64,000 bases of DNA from the human T2T-CHM13v2.0 reference genome, Homo sapiens: assembly GCF_009914755.1 (NCBI RefSeq), contig NC_060931.1; one strand, given 5' to 3'. The notes under the pieces are model-generated. The model was not told where the DNA came from and ran no database searches. It saw nothing but the letters and a program-made list of their open reading frames with translations. Positions 42,590 through 64,000 of this stretch are shown here, piece after piece. Every line of letters begins with the position of its first letter. Position 1 is the first letter of the stretch. The position numbers and the translations under genes are program-made.

Positions 42590-43741
42590 TTAACTAGAGT
42601 AGCTAAAATTTGAAAGACTTGCTCATTATGTGAAGATAAGTGATTCCAGTAAACAAGCAAAAATCACTGAGAAAAGTACATTAATAATGTTAGAAAAACC
42701 TAATCTTAATTTACTATTAAAAATATTCATCTTATTCTGTCCTCTTTTCACAGTTTTTACCAAAGTCAAATGTTTTTGCTAGCTTTGGAGCACTGTTAAC
42801 TATAGTCCTATCTGTGGTAATGCTATAATGCCCAAATTGATAGTTTTATAATGCTAGTGCTTAAGTTATTTGGAGAAATTTGGCTGGATGGGGGCAGAGC
42901 AGGTCAGGCAGATCTTACACTGCCTGGAACTGCAAATCTATAGGTGGCAAGAGGGAATTGCTTTCTAAATTGAATGCTCCATTTCCTTAACAAGACTGGT
43001 CCAGGACCAAGCCAAGCTTAGGTAAATGGGCTTGGAATACAGCCTTTCTGGGGAATTTGCTATGGCTTTTGAGTCCTTGTGATTTGGAAAACATCTGGAT
43101 ATAAAGAGATGTTTATAGCTGATCTGAATATATATGTGATCTCCCTGAAGTAAGTAACTACAGATCAGCCGAAGAACCTCCTCTGACTACTTAGGATTCT
43201 CTTCAAGCGTGTCAATCAGCTAGAACGTGACCATTCTCTGAGCGTTGAACACTTTACATTGCCAGATAATTTGTGCTGTTTTCGTCAAACCTGACCCTAA
43301 TATAACTTGACTAAATAATCTTGTCTGTGGCAAATAAAGAGGTAGCAGTATATTTATGTCCTCTTTTCGGAAGGTGATAAAGGAATTATTTGATAAAGTA
43401 CGATATGTATTGCTACTTTGCAGAGTAGACCTCAAGTAGATACTTGAGTAGACACTCTGCATTTGTGTGCTTTTTTCTATTCACACACTACAGTGGGTAT
43501 GTGAATCAGTGAAAAATTGCCAAAAATATGATCAATTGAAAACTTTTGTTAGGTGGTCTTTATTTGAACTATATCTTGTCATCCATTAGTAATTTAGCAA
43601 GATTTGATCAGAACCAGTCAACGCTCTTTAAATCAGTTAATCCCATTAAAGGTTTTTATGGAAAGGAAAAACAGTGCTCAACAATTGAGTTGATACTAAA
43701 GCTTTGCTTTGACCAAATTGCAGTTAATACCAGTAAACTAC

Positions 43742-44029
43742 TTTTTTTTTTTGAGACGGAGTCTTGCTCTGTCACCCAGACTGGAGTGCAGTGACGCTAT
43801 CTTGGCTCACTGCAAGCTCTGCCTCCCGGGTTCACATCATTCTCCTGCCTCAGCTTCCTGAGTAGCTGGGGCTATGGGCACCCGTCACCACGCCTGGTTA
43901 ATTTTTTTTTAGTACAGATGGGGTTTCACCGTGTTAGCCAGGATGGTCTCGATCTCCTGACCTCGTGATCTGCCAGCCTCGGCCTCCCAGAGTGCTGGGA
44001 TTACAGGCGTGAGCCACCGTGCCCAGCCT
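43742..44029 (-). mobile_element. AluY-like, about 245 nt upstream of exon 8
   Basis: gcaagctc/gttagccaggatgg diagnostics; TSD cagt(a/c)aactacttttt. Confidence 0.9.
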
Positions 44030-44239
44030 ATCAGTCAACTACTTTTTGTTTTTATCTTCATATATTAAGGGAATTTTTAGTTAAACAGGTTGCCCTCACA
44101 TACATTTTATGATCTTATATTAGATACCTTTGGATGTCTGTATTTTTTAGTAGGCAGATGAAAGTGTTTTTAGTTAGGATTATAGGGATTGCTTTAGTAA
44201 AATAATATTTCCTCAGAGAATCTGTCTTACTCCAACAAA

Positions 44240-44246
44240 TACTAAC
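44240..44246 (+). promoter_or_regulatory. Perfect-consensus branch point (TACTAAC) of the intron upstream of exon 8
   Basis: TACTAAC with branch A about 29 nt upstream of the acceptor, followed by a pyrimidine tract. Confidence 0.75.
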
Positions 44247-44251
44247 TCTAA

Positions 44252-44377
<126 letters not shown>

Positions 44378-44471
44378 TAAGATAGCCTTATTTACTGGTT
44401 TATTTTACTTGAAACTTTTGGTAGTGAATTAAAATAGATCATTTGGTAATGACGGGTATTTTTTCCATTAG

Positions 44472-44549
44472 CTGTATCCTTGGCGAACTCTTCACTAAAA
44501 AACCTATATTTCAAGCAAATCAGGAACTTGCACAACTAGAATTAATAAG
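44472..44549 (+). CDS. CDK13: CDK13 coding exon 9 (78 nt): (G)[25 protein letters not shown](S)
   Basis: ttttccattag|C acceptor, ATAAG|gtaagc donor; 95-nt upstream intron; frame continuous. Confidence 0.96.
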
Positions 44550-45093
44550 GTAAGCTGCTGATTATAATATTGGTGGGAATTGGGAGAGTGTCATACTCCA
44601 CAGGAAATTTAAACTCTCCCAAGTTTGTCTTTTCAGGAAGAGAACAACATGGTTCTCTGGAGGGCTTATGACTGCTAAATGGAGGACAAACTGAAATGTA
44701 GGCACTTTGATACTTGTTCCAGTGAAATTAAGGATATCAAAGCCCCTGGGTGGGTGCATGTGTATGTGTACATGCGTGCGTGCATGTGTGCGTTTTTTTA
44801 AGTCAAAGGACTTGAGGCCCAAAAGATAAGACTGGCAAGGAAGAGTAAATGTAGGAGAGAATGAATGCTAGATACATATTTTTTAATTATGAAAGAAATG
44901 AAAAATTCATGTTTTGGGGTATTGTTTAAAAATACTCTTGTAAATACACATAAAAATATGTGTCTATATATGTGTGTATACACACTAAAATACATGCATA
45001 TACCCCCTAGCGTAGACCTTCATTATTTGGAGCCTATCATAGGACCTAGTTCATAAGCAATTACTCATACATTTTAGTCGCTTTTCTCTTTAT

Positions 45094-45410
<317 letters not shown>

Positions 45411-45451
45411 TCTTATATTTTAAAATAATTTTAATTTTAAAAATGGGCTTT

Positions 45452-45752
<301 letters not shown>

Positions 45753-46208
45753 GGTGGGGGGGCTTCAGTTTCATATGTAATAATGTAAACGTGCAACTTA
45801 TAAAATTTCCATGAAAGTTTCAAAATATATATGAAGTTTTTTAGGAAAGATATTGATAGGGGGTACAGATTTACAGAATTTTACTTTACCAACTGAACAA
45901 AATGAACATAAAGCAACAAATAGTAACCAGAGAAGGACCTCAACATCATATCATAAACAGACAAATTGAATCAAACTAAAAATCTTACTATTGCCCTTTT
46001 TGGTGGTTAGGCAAGGTTTTTACTATAGGGTACAGCAGGGAAAGATGAGTGCCCTAGTTAGAGCCTGCTTCTTCTCTGGGGATAACTTGGCTATAGTCAG
46101 AAGTACCCGAAGCCAGAAACTAGTAGTGCTTCAACTCCAAAGCAGCCAGTTGCCTCACTTTTAATAACATTATGAAAAAGAAGAAGGGAAGGGAAGGAGT
46201 TCACCTGA

Positions 46209-46525
<317 letters not shown>

Positions 46526-46811
46526 GTCATACCTTTTTAATTGTGCAATAGACAAGTAAAAAGGGTTAAGAAGAACTGATACTCTTGGAAAAAAGAAATA
46601 TACCTTTCAGTGCTAATTGGGCATTTACAAAAGTTAGTTATATATTAATAGAGGAAGGAACTCCAAAACGTTGAAATACTATAGGCTAAATTCTCTAAAA
46701 TAGAATAAAACTAGAAATTAATATAAACATGGAAACAACAAAGTCTCTTAACTATCTAAAAATTTACATATGCTAAAAAATCCTGGATTAAAGAGAAATC
46801 AAACTTTAAGA

Positions 46812-47040
46812 CAGGGTTGTCCAGTCTTTTGGTTTCCCTGGACCACACTGGAAGAAGAATAGTTGTCTTAGACCACACATAAAATACAGTAACACTAATG
46901 ATAGCTGATTGATAGGCTAAAAAAAAAATTCCAAAAAAAAAATCTCATAATATTTTAAGAAAGTATGAATTTGTGTTGGGCTGCATTCGAAGCCATCCTG
47001 GGTTGCATGCAGCCCATGGACTGCAAGTTGGACAAGCTTG
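46812..47040 (+). mobile_element. Full-length MER30 (hAT) with degenerate 8-bp TSD
   Basis: cagggttgtccagtcttttgg...gttggacaagcttg; flanks ctttaaga / ctttagaa. Confidence 0.85.
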
Positions 47041-47356
47041 CTTTAGAACATCTAGGTTTAAAAAGAGTGATAAGTATAAAAATCCATGGGCTAATAACCC
47101 TGTGCTTAGGAGAAAATCACAACCTTAAATATACTACTAAATAAGAAAAGGAAAGCAAATTAATTAAGCATTCTACAGACAAACTAGACAAAAGCAGCAA
47201 AATAAACCCAGGAAATAAAAATGAATTATAATACATAAAATGTAAAATTTATGAAGAAACCTATGATCTGGTCTTGGGTTTATTCACACATATATGCAAT
47301 ATAAATTAGTCTACTAGTTTAACTTCATATGAAAAGAGAGTATAAAGAAATTAAAA

Positions 47357-47665
47357 GACTGAATGCGGTGGCTCATGCCTGTAATCTCCGCATTTGGGAG
47401 GCCGAGGCAGGATCACTCGAGCCCAGGAGTTTTAGACCAGCCTGAGCAATATAGTGAGAACTTGTCTCTACAAATTAAAACAAACAAACAAAAACAACAA
47501 CAACAAATTAGCTAGTCATTGGAGGGTGAGCATGTGGTCCGTACTACTCGTGAAGCTGAGGTGAGAGGATTACTTGAGCCCAGGAAGTCGAGACTGCAGT
47601 GAGCTAATGACACCACCGCATTCCAGCCTGGTTGACAGAGTGAGACCATGTCTCCAAAATAAAAA
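47357..47665 (+). mobile_element. AluJ-like
   Basis: Diverged Alu. Confidence 0.88.
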
Positions 47666-48343
47666 ACCAGCCCCATTATTTTCTTTGATAAATTATTACA
47701 CATCTTTTAGAAACCAGTACTTGTAATGTTCTTTAAACTATTCCAGAACATAAGAATAATTCAGTACAAGCTTTCTTATTCAGTCTTCTCTTGAAGAGTC
47801 TTATTAGATTAATTGATGCTCTTCATTCCCTCTGTAAAGAAAAACTGGCTTGATAACATGGCAAGCTGAATGCTTGTAGCTAGTAGGCTGTCACTTTCTA
47901 GTAAGACTATGTATTTATCCCACCAGTTGAAGAGTATGCTGAACAGGAGGTAGTTGTTAGTTTTCAATTTTTATGCTTTTTATTATTATAATTACATAGT
48001 TTAAGCGTAGATACAGTGCTTTACAAAAACTTTAAGACATTGCTGTCTAATTAGGGATGGACAAGTAATTGTGTAAGTTAGAAAAGTTATAAAAATCCAA
48101 GATGTGGTATTAGATTGCTTTGAAAGTGTTTTTAATTTCTAGATTTATTTAAAGAAATCAAAACTAAAAATCCTTGATGATGTGTTATGGGTGTGGTTTG
48201 TACAAGAGAGCTAATACAGAATTCCATTCAGTGAATCCTCTGTTTAAAGAGAAAGCCTTGGCCTTTGTCAGAAGATGGGAAAACAAATGTACATTTATAA
48301 ACTTTCAGTTAAAATAAAATGTTTAAATTATATATCTGTGTAT

Positions 48344-48399
48344 CTTTTTTTTTAAACGATTCCTTCTAACCTTTTTTTTTTAAACGATTCCTTCTAACC
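48344..48399 (+). repeat. Tandem duplication, 2 x 28 bp (c-T9/10-aaacgattccttctaac)
   Basis: Direct read. Confidence 0.92.
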
Positions 48400-48509
48400 C
48401 ATTTTTTTTTTGTTAAACCCAACCAGCCAACTCTTGGTCCTGATTGTATTGGAAACTAGGGCTTCTATTAAAGATAGTTAACATCTATTTAGTTCATATA
48501 CAATATCAG

Positions 48510-48705
48510 CATTATTCGAAGAGTTTCACTTGAATTATCTCAGTTAAGCTTCGTAACAACCCTATGTCTTCTCTTTATAGTTAAGAAAACTGAACCTTAG
48601 AGAGGTGAAGAATTCGTCCAGGGTCATAAAACTAGCAAGTGGCAAAATTGAGATTTAAACACTGCTAGGTGTTACCTTAGGATCTAAACTTTTAACCATT
48701 ACTCC
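48510..48705 (-). mobile_element. MIR
   Basis: aacaaccctatg...aagaaaactgaaccttagagaggtgaag...cagggtcata...ctagcaagtggca. Confidence 0.7.
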
Positions 48706-48713
48706 AAAGTACA

Positions 48714-50710
<1,997 letters not shown>

Positions 50711-50799
50711 CATAAAAAGATGCTTCAATTTTGATTTCATAGCATTAATTTCTTTTCAGACATGAAGAAAATGAAGTTTCTGATAAACAAATCTGACTA

Positions 50800-51000
50800 T
50801 AATGAGGCAACGGAGTATACCGAAAAGTGTGTGGCCTTTAGAATCTTACAGGGTTGGGTTCTAATGCCAGCTCAGCTACTTCCTGCGCTTATGGTTTAGG
50901 GTCCCATATGCTCTTAAGTTTTTTTCTTCAAAAGTAAAAGAGGACTGATAACATGCTTAGGGTTGTGAGAATTAAATGTAAATAAGTTTTCAGTACATAT
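50800..51000 (+). mobile_element. MIR
   Basis: gggttctaatgccagctcagctacttcc...agggttgtgagaattaaatg. Confidence 0.6.
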
Positions 51001-51233
51001 TTCTTCCCTCACCTTATTTACAGTAATGCTAGGTTGTTTATAGGCTCAGGAATGATGAGACCTAGTGTCAGTATAGTACAGATACATGTAAAACTGATCA
51101 AGAGTGATAACACTAATTTGCTTTAAATGGCTTTACACCATAGTGAATGAGTTATTTTATTTATAATTTGCTTTGTTCCAGAAAGTATTTTAGGCAGATT
51201 ACAAATATTTTATAATAGAAGTAGCATAGATTA

Positions 51234-52299
<1,066 letters not shown>

Positions 52300-52623
52300 T
52301 CACATTACCCTAAGCCTTCTAGCAGTCAGCTGAAGAGCCTTTATATCACACAATGTACATTGCTTATGAGATAAAAAGGATTATAATCAGTGAAGAAATT
52401 GAAAGTAGATTAGAATTAAATGAATCCTTTTCTCTATCTGCCACCTCACCCAGTACACACAAACCCTCAGGCCTAGGTGGTTTACACAGGTGAAATTTTT
52501 TAAACTTTAAAGGAATTAGATTTTGGTTGTACCAGAAGATAGGAAAAGAGGGAAGCTTCCCATATTGAAAGAAATGAATCATGTATACCTTCATAAACTG
52601 ATGGCATAAAATATTCTGTAGAG

Positions 52624-54144
<1,521 letters not shown>

Positions 54145-54807
54145 CTGTATATCAGTCTTACATACGAATACTGATGTACAACATCTAACTTAACAAGTGG
54201 AAAATACAGCATTACATTGAAATAATAGTACTTTTATTAGGCTTGGATGGTATTCTTCCTTTGAATATAATGATGAATATGTATTAGGAAGTCTGTTGAT
54301 AAAATTCACATTAAGTAGCCTGGGGAGAAAATGCAGATGATGATGGTTATAGAAGTTCTAAAAAATCAAAACTGATAAAACTAAAGCACTCTTAGAATAT
54401 AAAAGCCACAAAAATTAAAATCCATAGTAGAGAGGAATAAATGAATGCTTCCTTAACAGGAAATATGTGTGAATTTGTATGTGTATATGTGAGTATATTT
54501 CTGTTATGTGTTTTTCAAACCCAAAGGCATCATTCTTCCCAGGGCTAAACAATGAATGTGCTCCCATTAAAATCAGAAAATAAAGTTACCCAATATTGTG
54601 TACTGTCATTATCATTTTAACATTGTTTAGTAATTGCCACATAATGTAACATACCACAGTGATAAAGATACATTTGAAAAAAATATAGATGAATTCTAAC
54701 ATGGGTTATATGATTTATATACCTGGAATACCTCAAAGAAACAACTGCTAAAACTGGTAGGAACCCTACGATCTCAGATGGCTACATATTATTAAATTTT
54801 TGTTTGT

Positions 54808-56290
<1,483 letters not shown>

Positions 56291-57175
56291 TATTTAAAAA
56301 ACAAAAAGCCCGTAAAGGAAATACACAAAATCTCACTGAAAATAGATAAATAAATAAATAAAGGAAAGAAATAGAAACACTAATTCTAAGATAGAAATAT
56401 TAAGCATTGTAAAGGCAGTAGTTGGTTCTAAATCTATAAATTTAGAGTGGCGGTTGAATCCTAGCAGGATTCTCTTTTGGAGTGTTATAGTATTGATTAT
56501 AATTCATGTGTAATAAAATTTTGAGGAGAATAAGTAAAGAGGTGGATAGGAGATTTGTCCTATCAGACTTTCAAGGAATATTAAAAGCACAATATGGTAT
56601 TGACACCAGAGTAGATTGATGGAATCACGATAGATTCCCAAAGTATACCTCAGGTAATTGGGGATTTAGCATATACCTTAGTGTATGATGCATCTCAGTA
56701 GTAAATGGTGTTGGGAGTAGTTGACTGGCCACCAGGCACAGATTTTGTAAATGCAGTTATCAGTTGCTGTCATGTCTACCTCTCTAGTTTCTAGGAACTT
56801 TCCTTGCATCGGTATGTGTATTCCATTGTGTATCCTGCTTTCAGTTAGATAAATTCGGTACTCAGATATCTTTCAACATCACATATGATAAAATAATTGA
56901 AATTTTTATTGAAATAAAATTTCAATAAAATAAAATTTTATTGAAATAAAATTTTAGTATAATGAAACTGTTGTTTATTATAAGACTATTAATGGGCCAG
57001 ATGCTAGCTCATTTAATTTCGTAGCTTCAAAATAAAATTAATCTTAAGTTTCCAAAAGAGGAGCAGATTCCTAAGCAATGTAATTTGACCGATGTCAGAC
57101 AAGAGTCAAATATAAAACTTGCTTTTAAATTCTGTCTTCATTATACATAGGCAAAGTACCTTAGAACTGTATTGT

Positions 57176-57300
57176 GGACTGGGTGCAGCGGCCCATGCTT
57201 GTAATCCCAACACTTTAGGAGACTGAGGTGGGAGGATCACTTGAAGCCAGGCGTTCAAGACCAGCCTGGGCAACATAGCAAAAACCTGTCTACAGACAAA
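57176..57300 (+). mobile_element. Alu monomer (FLAM-like)
   Basis: Single left-arm unit. Confidence 0.8.
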
Positions 57301-59022
57301 CCTACCGCAGTATTATCTAGACCCAGGTTATGCTTCCAGCTGAGCCTCCCTGAGCCCTGTATTCCCCCTACACTGATTTACATAGTGTTCCTCCCAAATG
57401 TCTATACTTTGCTACTTCCATGCCTTTGCCTGTGTTCTCTCTTCTGGTAACATAATTTATCTTATTCCATTTCCCACCTGTCTATGGTTTACTTATCCTT
57501 GGAATTATAACCAAAATTCTTCACTCTTTCCCTAACTTAAGTTTTCTTGTATTTCTGCATCTTGAAAGTATCTTTGCCTTCCTGGATTCCAGTATGCTTT
57601 ATACTTCTATTATAGTGCACAACAGTCTGCCTGGGGTTGATTAATTGTGTTTACATGGTTTCTTGGAAAAGTATACAAAAACAAGAAATAGAAAAGAGAC
57701 CTGTAAACAACTAAAATACAGAGCAGGATGAAAGAAATGTCAAACCAGTAGCATGCAAGGAGTAATTCTGAGTAGCATTGGAGAATACAGAAGACTTTTA
57801 TTAATTAGATTACTTTTGATCTGAATCTTGAGAAGTGAAAATAATTCAGCTATATAGAATTTAGGGAGAAGGAGCATTAGCATAGACATGAAGGAGTGGC
57901 CTGTGGGGAGAGATGCATTGGGAAATGAGACTAGGAAGGCAGATTGGGACCAGATCTAGAGAGCCCATGCTACAGGAGTTGGGCTTTCTTTTCAAGGGAG
58001 TAGGGTTGAGGAGGTTGTGAAAATTGGACTTTAAGACAAAAGAGAGTAGAACTATGTAAAGAATAAGTTCTTAGTATCTTTAAAGCTTGGGTTTATAAAA
58101 ATGCTAAATATATTGAGACAAAAAAGTACATTTCAGTGACATACGGCTTTAAAAACATAAAAGGTCTCCTATAAATATGTGTTTCTGAGGTATCATTCTA
58201 AAGCTCAGCTAAAAAAATGTCTGGCAACTTGAGCCATTACTTGTTCATATACATTTATACATGCATTTGTATTTACGTATGTTTGGAATATTTTTACTTT
58301 TAATCAGTGATACATCAACGTTTTCTTTTTACATATGCAGACCAGCTGACAATTTTATATATAATAAACATCCTTGAAATTTGGTATACTAAAAATAAGT
58401 AGATTTAAGCAAATTTTCATCTACCTATTACTAAATCAGTTAGTTTTTAAATGTTTACCAGCTGGAGTTGCCTATTTGTTATAGCATTTCTTCTACAAAT
58501 TACCATAACAAGGATTTACTAGTTAATGCTAAAATAATGAGGATTTTCAAGATACAGATAAACGAGAGTAAAGCAGTTAAAATTTCTTTATGACTTAAGA
58601 TCAGCAGCACTACTTAAATTGAAGAACTTTAATGTTTCAAGAGTGTTATGTTTAGGGTCCTTCCATTGATGGCAGTTAGCAGTAGTCTTTACACTACAGT
58701 TACCTTCCTGAGGTCATATAGAAATCCGTTTCTGCTATTATTGTAGACTGCCTTATATTCATGGGAAGGAGGAGTGACAGGTACCAAAAAACCAGAGAGG
58801 GACATATATTCAACTCTAGTTCCTTAATTTATGGGCATAAATTTTTTATGTTGGTTTTAAGGTGTAAGTCACATATTTTGAGTGTCATCATGTTTTAAGA
58901 TTTCATTTTGCAAATAATGAAAGTCCTCTAAGAATTGGAATGCTTGGATTGTTAAAAGTATCCACTGAAAATAAATTAATTTCTTAAATAATTAAATTCG
59001 GATGACTAAAATATTTAACGAG

Positions 59023-59330
<308 letters not shown>

Positions 59331-59428
59331 AAAGTTTTTATAGACCAAGGCTTCAATTTTTGTGTATTTAAAAATGAGTTGATGTTTTGTATAACAGTTG
59401 TATGTATTCTTTATGTAGTTGATAGTGA

Positions 59429-59572
<144 letters not shown>

Positions 59573-60155
59573 TAAGAAGGGGATGTGTAAACATCCTTAT
59601 TGCATGAATGTTTTACTTTAATTCTAGTGAATTATAAATGTTAGTCTATTCTCTAGTGATCTGAGGTAAACCTATAATTCTTCTAGGGCATTTAATTTTG
59701 AGTTCTGTTTGCTACATGCAGATTACCATTTTACCATTATTATGGAATCAGTGATTTGAGATTGTGTGTTTGGTTTGGTGCTTACGTGAAAGAACTTTAA
59801 TAAGATCATTTAAATGTTACTGGAACAGCTTTCAAGTTACTTGAGCTCAAGTTTTCATTTTGCTTTAGAAAAAACTATACTGTTCAGTTCTTAATTTGTA
59901 TAATAACAGCAAATTACCGATAAGTAACAATATATACTATTGTTTAGAAAGTGGTTACAAAAATTATGTAAAAATGAAATATTTATTCAAAGGAAAATTC
60001 GGATTTATTGAAGTAAAGTATTATGCACATATTAAAAAAGTATTTACAATTATTTTTAAATGATCTTAGTTTTAGTTTTAAAATTTAATTAAAAATAATT
60101 TAAGCTCCTAAAGAAACATAAGCTTGTGTCTAAAGAACACATCTAACTTTTGTAA

Positions 60156-60302
<147 letters not shown>

Positions 60303-60586
60303 TAAGTGACTTTTTATCCTATTATTATTATATATTATTATTATATTTATTATATTAAAACAGTTTTAATAACATATATAATAAGATATTTCATGTCTGG
60401 TTATGAGAAAAATATAATAAAGGAAAGATAAAACAGCAGTAATACACATAATTTGCACATCTGGGATATAGATGCTTGCTTAATGTTTACCCATAGGGCT
60501 AGCAAAAACAGCTGCCTTCTAGCTAATTTTAGGCTTGATTGACCTCAAGATTTAATAATATATTTCAACTCTAAGAAAATATTACT

Positions 60587-60901
<315 letters not shown>

Positions 60902-60949
60902 CTAATACTACTTCTACTAAATACTTAACACTACTACTGGTACAGCTAT

Positions 60950-61140
60950 AGCCATAATTTTGAGTGCCATGCTAAGCATTTTTCATTTATTACATTAATC
61001 TTTATAACCTTATAAGGTAGGTATTAGTATTATTATCATCACCACTTCACAGAGGAGGAAGCAGGCTCAGAGAGGTTAAGAAACTTGCCCAAGAATACAA
61101 ATCTAGTAAAGGGTACAGCCAGCTCTCAAATTCACATTAG
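60950..61140 (-). mobile_element. MIR
   Basis: cttcacagaggaggaagcaggctcagagaggttaagaaacttgcccaag core. Confidence 0.8.
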
Positions 61141-61432
61141 TCCAATAAGTAAGAGAGGTTCTGAAAATACTTTATAGCATAGTATACAATATAAATTTCT
61201 TATCATTGAATGAAAAGAATGTTAGTATCAGAAGCCTGTATAGAAGGAATTATTGTCTGATGGGGGAAATATATAGAGTTTGGGAGTCAAAATAGCTGGC
61301 TTCTCTTGAACCTGTAACTTCAAATGGCTCCTGTTATTTCTCTAGGATTGATTTGGGGAGTAGGGGGGAAGGAAAACGTTCATTTGCATTCCTTGACAGG
61401 ATCTAGAAACCTTGTAGGTATTTTCTTAGTAA

Positions 61433-61737
<305 letters not shown>

Positions 61738-62119
61738 TTTTCTTAATAATTTTTAAAATGATAAGGAGCATCATTAAAAGCAAGCCTATTATCTATAATA
61801 ATAAAATGTTTCCATGTAATAAAAATAGCATATTTTAAATGAACAGACATGGGCTCTGGAGTTCAAATCCTGGTTCTTCTGCTTATCAGTTAGATAGTGC
61901 TTATTATATTTCTATGAGGCTGTCATATTCAGCTTCAGTAAGCTTTTATTGAGCTGTACATGGTTGGCCTTTATGGGATGATTTGGGAGCCAAAAAGGAT
62001 CTATTACCTGACATCATGAGGGACCTGAATTTTTCACTGTTGAATTATTGTTTCATGTTTGCTTTTTTCTTAGTGTGTATCAGTAATCTTAAAACTTGGG
62101 CTCAGTACCCCTTCAAATA

Positions 62120-62760
62120 ACATTTTTTAAACTTCTGATTTGGAAAAATTTCAACTCTATAGAAAAATAGGAAGAATAGTACAAAGAGTATTCATGTATA
62201 TCCTTTACCTAGATTCAACAGTTAATAATAGTTGGACACATTTGCTTTATCACTGTCTACTTTTTTCCTGAACTAGTTGGATATCATGTTGTGGAGGTGA
62301 CACTTATAAATATGTAATCATATCTGTAAGAACTAGGACTTTATTCTACATGCATACCATATAAAGCATATGAAATTTAACATGAGAATATTTAATGGTC
62401 AATCCACATTCAGATTTCCCCAGTTGACCCAATAATTTCTCTTATAGACTTTTTTTTTTAAGATAAAGAATTTTTCAAAGTTCAGCATTCTGTTTATTTG
62501 TTATGTCCTTTTCATCTTTAATCACTCTCTAGGGAAGAGATCTTTTGACATTCAACATTTTTTAAGATTCCAAGCTAGCTCTTTGGTAAAATATTTCACA
62601 ATTTGGATTTGATTGCCTTCTTTTTATCAGAATTAGATTAAGAGTTTGGGGGGCAAGAATGTAATGTTGATGGTGATCCTGCTCTGTGATAATTATGTTC
62701 AAGAGAACATAATGTTACTTTGTACCATTATTATTGGTAATGGTAACTTTGACCAAGAGA
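62120..62760 (-). mobile_element. L1MC4/5-like 3' fragment
   Basis: aatttcaactctatagaaaaataggaagaatagtacaaag...cctttacctagattcaaca. Confidence 0.55.
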
Positions 62761-63149
62761 TGTAACCACTGTACTTAAAAATGTCAACATAGTAAATGCT
62801 GACATTTTTAAGTAGAGCAATTATATCACTCTTGTAAATATATCAAGTGGAAAGCAACTATCATAGCATTTTGATATCCACCACCAATAGTCATTTGGAA
62901 AATGTTGAGCAGTTGTACGTTGTTCCATTTTCATCTTGAACTTATGTTACTCCCGTAGGCTTTTATTCTAATGTAAAGTATTTATGCTAGAAAGTATTTT
63001 ATTGATTACTGTATCATATATTTTAAAAAACAAATACATGTATATAAATGGAAATTAAATTTCACGTTTCCTGTGACTAAAAGCTCTTTTCTTGATTAAA
63101 TTGTCATTGTAAATATCAGTAATGAATATTTCCTTATTTATTTATTGAT

Positions 63150-63380
<231 letters not shown>

Positions 63381-63656
63381 TAAAGAAAAAATTAGTAAAT
63401 TTTGTTGGAAGTACAACCTAATGAAAGAGAGGGCTGAGATTTTTTTCCCAAGTAGTTTGCATATCTGTTGATTAATATTGCTTATTCTAGAATGAGACAT
63501 ATTTCCATATGAATTCCAATTTTATTTTTTAGTTCTATAAGTATGCTTGTAAATTAGCATTTGAGAATGTAAGGAGTTTTGTCATAGTTATATCACTGAG
63601 TTCTTGGAACTCCTTCGACATTATGTGTGAAAAGCCTTTCATCAAAAATGATTTTA

Positions 63657-64000
63657 GGCTGGGCGCAGTGGCTCACGCCTGTAATCCCAGCACTTTGGGA
63701 GGCCAAGGCGGATAGATCACAAGGCCAGGAGTTCAAGACCAGCCTGGCCAGGATGGTGAAATCCTGTCTCTACTAAAAATGCAAAAATTAGCCAGGTGTG
63801 GTGGCGGGTGCCTGTAATCCCGGCTACTCGGGAGGCTGAGGCAGAGAACTGCTTGAACCTGGGAGGCAGAGGTTGTAGTGAGCCAAGATGGCGCCACTGC
63901 ACTCCAGTCTGGGCGACAGAGTGAGACTCCATTTCCAAAAAAAAAAAAAAAAAAAAAAAAAAAGATTTAAAGGACGGGCACAATGGCTCATGCCTGTAAT
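63657..64000 (+). mobile_element. AluS (63657-63963) and the start of another Alu at the window edge
   Basis: Alu dimer plus Alu head. Confidence 0.9.

Overview
Human (primate) genomic DNA from inside CDK13, transcribed on the + strand. The window holds six coding exons, numbered 6-11 from my recollection of the canonical transcript. They encode about G785-D1010 of the kinase domain: hinge/gatekeeper FEYM, catalytic [12 protein letters not shown]-loop [12 protein letters not shown] and the C-lobe. The exons lie in three close pairs separated by two ~14.9 kb introns. Paralogue-diagnostic residues ([48 protein letters not shown]) match CDK13 rather than CDK12. The rest is intronic: roughly 70 Alus, old L1/L2/MIR fragments, MLT/ERVL LTRs, hAT/Tigger DNA transposons and microsatellites. 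Nearly all ORFs in the supplied track are Alu/L1 artefacts. I see no prokaryote-type system, CRISPR array or RNA gene, and no clear-cut new biological system. The best leads are: five consecutive symmetric phase-2 exons flanked by inverted Alus (stop-free circRNAs possible); candidate intronic poly(A) sites and poison/cryptic exons in a gene that itself controls intronic polyadenylation; a strong CTCF motif; a dispersed 255-bp duplication; a ~50-bp TPRT micro-retrocopy; and template-switch hairpins. Repeat subfamily calls and boundaries were made by eye and are approximate.
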